Assembly (NCBI GenBank): GCA_963662435.1 | Contig: OY759598.1 | Span: 1,458,507 to 1,522,506 of the forward strand | DNA length: 64,000 bases | Origin: Dehalococcoidia bacterium | GTDB taxonomy: Bacteria > Chloroflexota > Dehalococcoidia > Lucifugimonadales > VXLM01 | Direction: 5' to 3' | Shown here: one piece after another, positions 62,361 to 64,000 of the stretch | Position numbering within the stretch: position 1 is the stretch's first letter | Layout of the letters: each line of letters starts with the position of its first letter | Translations under genes and position numbers: made by a program | Notes under the pieces: generated by a model | Database searches by the model: none | What the model was told of the DNA's origin: nothing | The model's input: the letters and a program-made list of their open reading frames with translations, nothing else

Positions 62361-62563
62361 CGCATCGCCTCAAGCAGCCGCCCGGTGGACGACGCGTAGT
62401 CCTGCGCCTGGGCGCAGGCCATCTCCACCTCCTTCTGCCGGGCGGCCGCGGCGTCCAGATCGAGGGCGCCGTCGGGCCGTGTGAGCTCCGCCGTGAGCTC
62501 GATTATCTTGAGGTCCGTCGGCGGGGTGGCCGCCAGCAGACCTGCGAAAGTCCGGTTGTCCAT
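62333..62563 (-). CDS. small hypothetical protein
   Basis: GAGGAGG RBS; within the operon. Confidence 0.65.
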   Translation of the reverse strand: MDNRTFAGLLAATPPTDLKIIELTAELTRPDGALDLDAAAARQKEVEMACAQAQDYASSTGRLLEAMRWKLRPRRA

Positions 62564-62576
62564 CGGATTCCCTCCT

Positions 62577-62783
62577 CTAGCTCCGGGTGAGGGTGAAGGC
62601 CCCCTTGGTGCCCACCCGCCGCTGGAACTCGTAGACGGTGTCGTCGCCGCGCTTGGTCTCCTTCACCGAGGCGTTGGCGATCTCGCCGTAGAAGTCCGCC
62701 AAGGTCGCCTTCACCTGGTCGACGCTCATCTCGGGGTCGGGGTCCGGGAACTCTCTGTCGTCGTAGACAAACACGCGTGCCAT
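62577..62783 (-). CDS. PRTRC protein C-like ubiquitin-fold protein
   Basis: RVFVY...PDPDPEMSVDQVK...Y.EIANA...YEFQRRVGTKG. Confidence 0.9.
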   Translation of the reverse strand: MARVFVYDDREFPDPDPEMSVDQVKATLADFYGEIANASVKETKRGDDTVYEFQRRVGTKGAFTLTRS

Positions 62784-62879
62784 GGTTGGTCTCCTTTCAG
62801 GTCACTGATGCTTGTATCGGTTGCTATCTGCGGGGAGGCCGCCGCTCCGTTGGCGACGGCCTCTCCCGTGAACTGCGGT

Positions 62880-64000
62880 CTAGCGTCCCGCGCCGACCGG
62901 CTCCTTCTCCCGCGCCTGCTCCATCGCCCACTCGAACATCGAGAGGCTTGCGGGCCGGGGCTTCCCGCCCCGGCGCTTCGGCTTCGCGAGCTCCTCGGCC
63001 ATGAACTCCGCCCAGGAGAACAGCGATCCGCCACTGGCGGACTGCTCCTGGGCCTCGTCGTGGTGGCCGTTTCCATTGCCGTTAGCGTGGCGGCCACTGA
63101 CCAGAGCCAACTCGACCGTCGGCCCGATGACGTCGAACCCGTGGTCGTTGGCGCTGTGCCCGTTCCCGTTGACCGGGACAGCCTCAGCTTCCGGTTCCAC
63201 CGGCTTCCAGCCGTCGTCCACGAGAAGCTCCTCGGCCTCGCCCTCGGCATTCCGCGCCTGGGCGAAGGCCTGCTCCACCGTCTCGGCCTCGTCCTCCTCC
63301 TCGCCGTTTACGATCTTGCGGGCCAGGGCCATCATCATGTCGTCCCCGTCGTCGCCGAATGCGGCCAGCCCGTCCTCCGGCAGCTCGCCCTCGACGGCGA
63401 GGGAGCTCTGCATCTTCTTCGCCACCAGCTTCAGGGCGTCAGCCTGCAGCGTGTTCCGGTAGGCCATGTAGACCACCTTGACCGGGCGGGTCTGCCCGAT
63501 GCGCCACGACCGGCGCGAAGCCTGCCTCGACACATACACGCTGTAATCCGTCTCGAACCAGCAAAGTGTCGGGAAGTCGATCAGGTCGAGGCCGGTCTGC
63601 ACCAGCCGGGGGTGGCTTATCAGTACGTCCACTCCCTCGCTGACCCTGTCGGCAACCCACTTCTCCCTGCGGTCCGGGGCCACGGCGTCGGCCTTCATCA
63701 CCGCCACCCTGAACCCGTGCCGGGTGAGGATGTCCTCCATCCGCCCGGTGATGTCCCGCGTGCCCGTGTGGGTCGCGTAGACCAGCACTCGCCTTCCCTC
63801 CAGCCGCTCGGCGGCCACCAGGTCGACCAGCGCCTTCTCCTTGGGGTAGAGCCGCTCCTCGGACAGGGGCGGCACCGAGACGATGACGTCGCCGCTACGG
63901 GGGTCGAAGACCGTCTCCCCCTTCGTGCACCCTTCGGGGTAGGCCAATAGTGTCTGAAGGTACGTCGCCAGCAGCCTCTTCGAGCCCGCTTTCAGCGCGT
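62880..64000 (-). CDS. ICE-type superfamily 2 helicase, C-terminal part (runs off the window end)
   Basis: LYPKE...GRRVLVY, LVQTGLDL, RQASRRSWRIGQ helicase motifs. Confidence 0.88.
   Translation of the reverse strand, partial: ALKAGSKRLLATYLQTLLAYPEGCTKGETVFDPRSGDVIVSVPPLSEERLYPKEKALVDLVAAERLEGRRVLVYATHTGTRDITGRMEDILTRHGFRVAVMKADAVAPDRREKWVADRVSEGVDVLISHPRLVQTGLDLIDFPTLCWFETDYSVYVSRQASRRSWRIGQTRPVKVVYMAYRNTLQADALKLVAKKMQSSLAVEGELPEDGLAAFGDDGDDMMMALARKIVNGEEEDEAETVEQAFAQARNAEGEAEELLVDDGWKPVEPEAEAVPVNGNGHSANDHGFDVIGPTVELALVSGRHANGNGNGHHDEAQEQSASGGSLFSWAEFMAEELAKPKRRGGKPRPASLSMFEWAMEQAREKEPVGAGR

Overview
The window opens with a chromosomal hopanoid operon on the minus strand (hpnH, a small unknown gene, hpnG-like, hpnA, and the 5' end of shc). 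About 60 kb of accessory, partly decayed mobile DNA follows, in four blocks. (i) 4.3-22.7 kb: two full-length hybrid GAF-PAS-HisKA-HATPase-REC-wHTH kinase/regulator genes plus two fragments. They bracket small genes, an IS5 pseudo-element and two large secreted proteins (an Fn3/Ig zincin protease and an unknown-domain/Fn3/cadherin/LRR protein). (ii) 22.7-46.2 kb: a strongly C+A-skewed, plasmid-like segment with a truncated ColE2-type replicase, dispersed repeats, many small or lipoprotein genes, and CAP/LRR modular surface proteins, peppered with IS1380, IS5 and IS630. (iii) 46.2-57.5 kb: a uvrA fragment, IS21, IS1182, an ICE helicase-tail remnant and a STAND/AAA-ATPase cassette that looks like an uncharacterised defence module. 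(iv) 57.5-64 kb: an ICE segment carrying a PRTRC-type prokaryotic ubiquitin-like operon (Ubl, E2-like, JAB, ThiF/E1) and a helicase C-terminus. The gene content resembles host-associated (e.g. sponge) Chloroflexota, but that is inference only. All family calls come from motif recognition by eye; no database searches were run.
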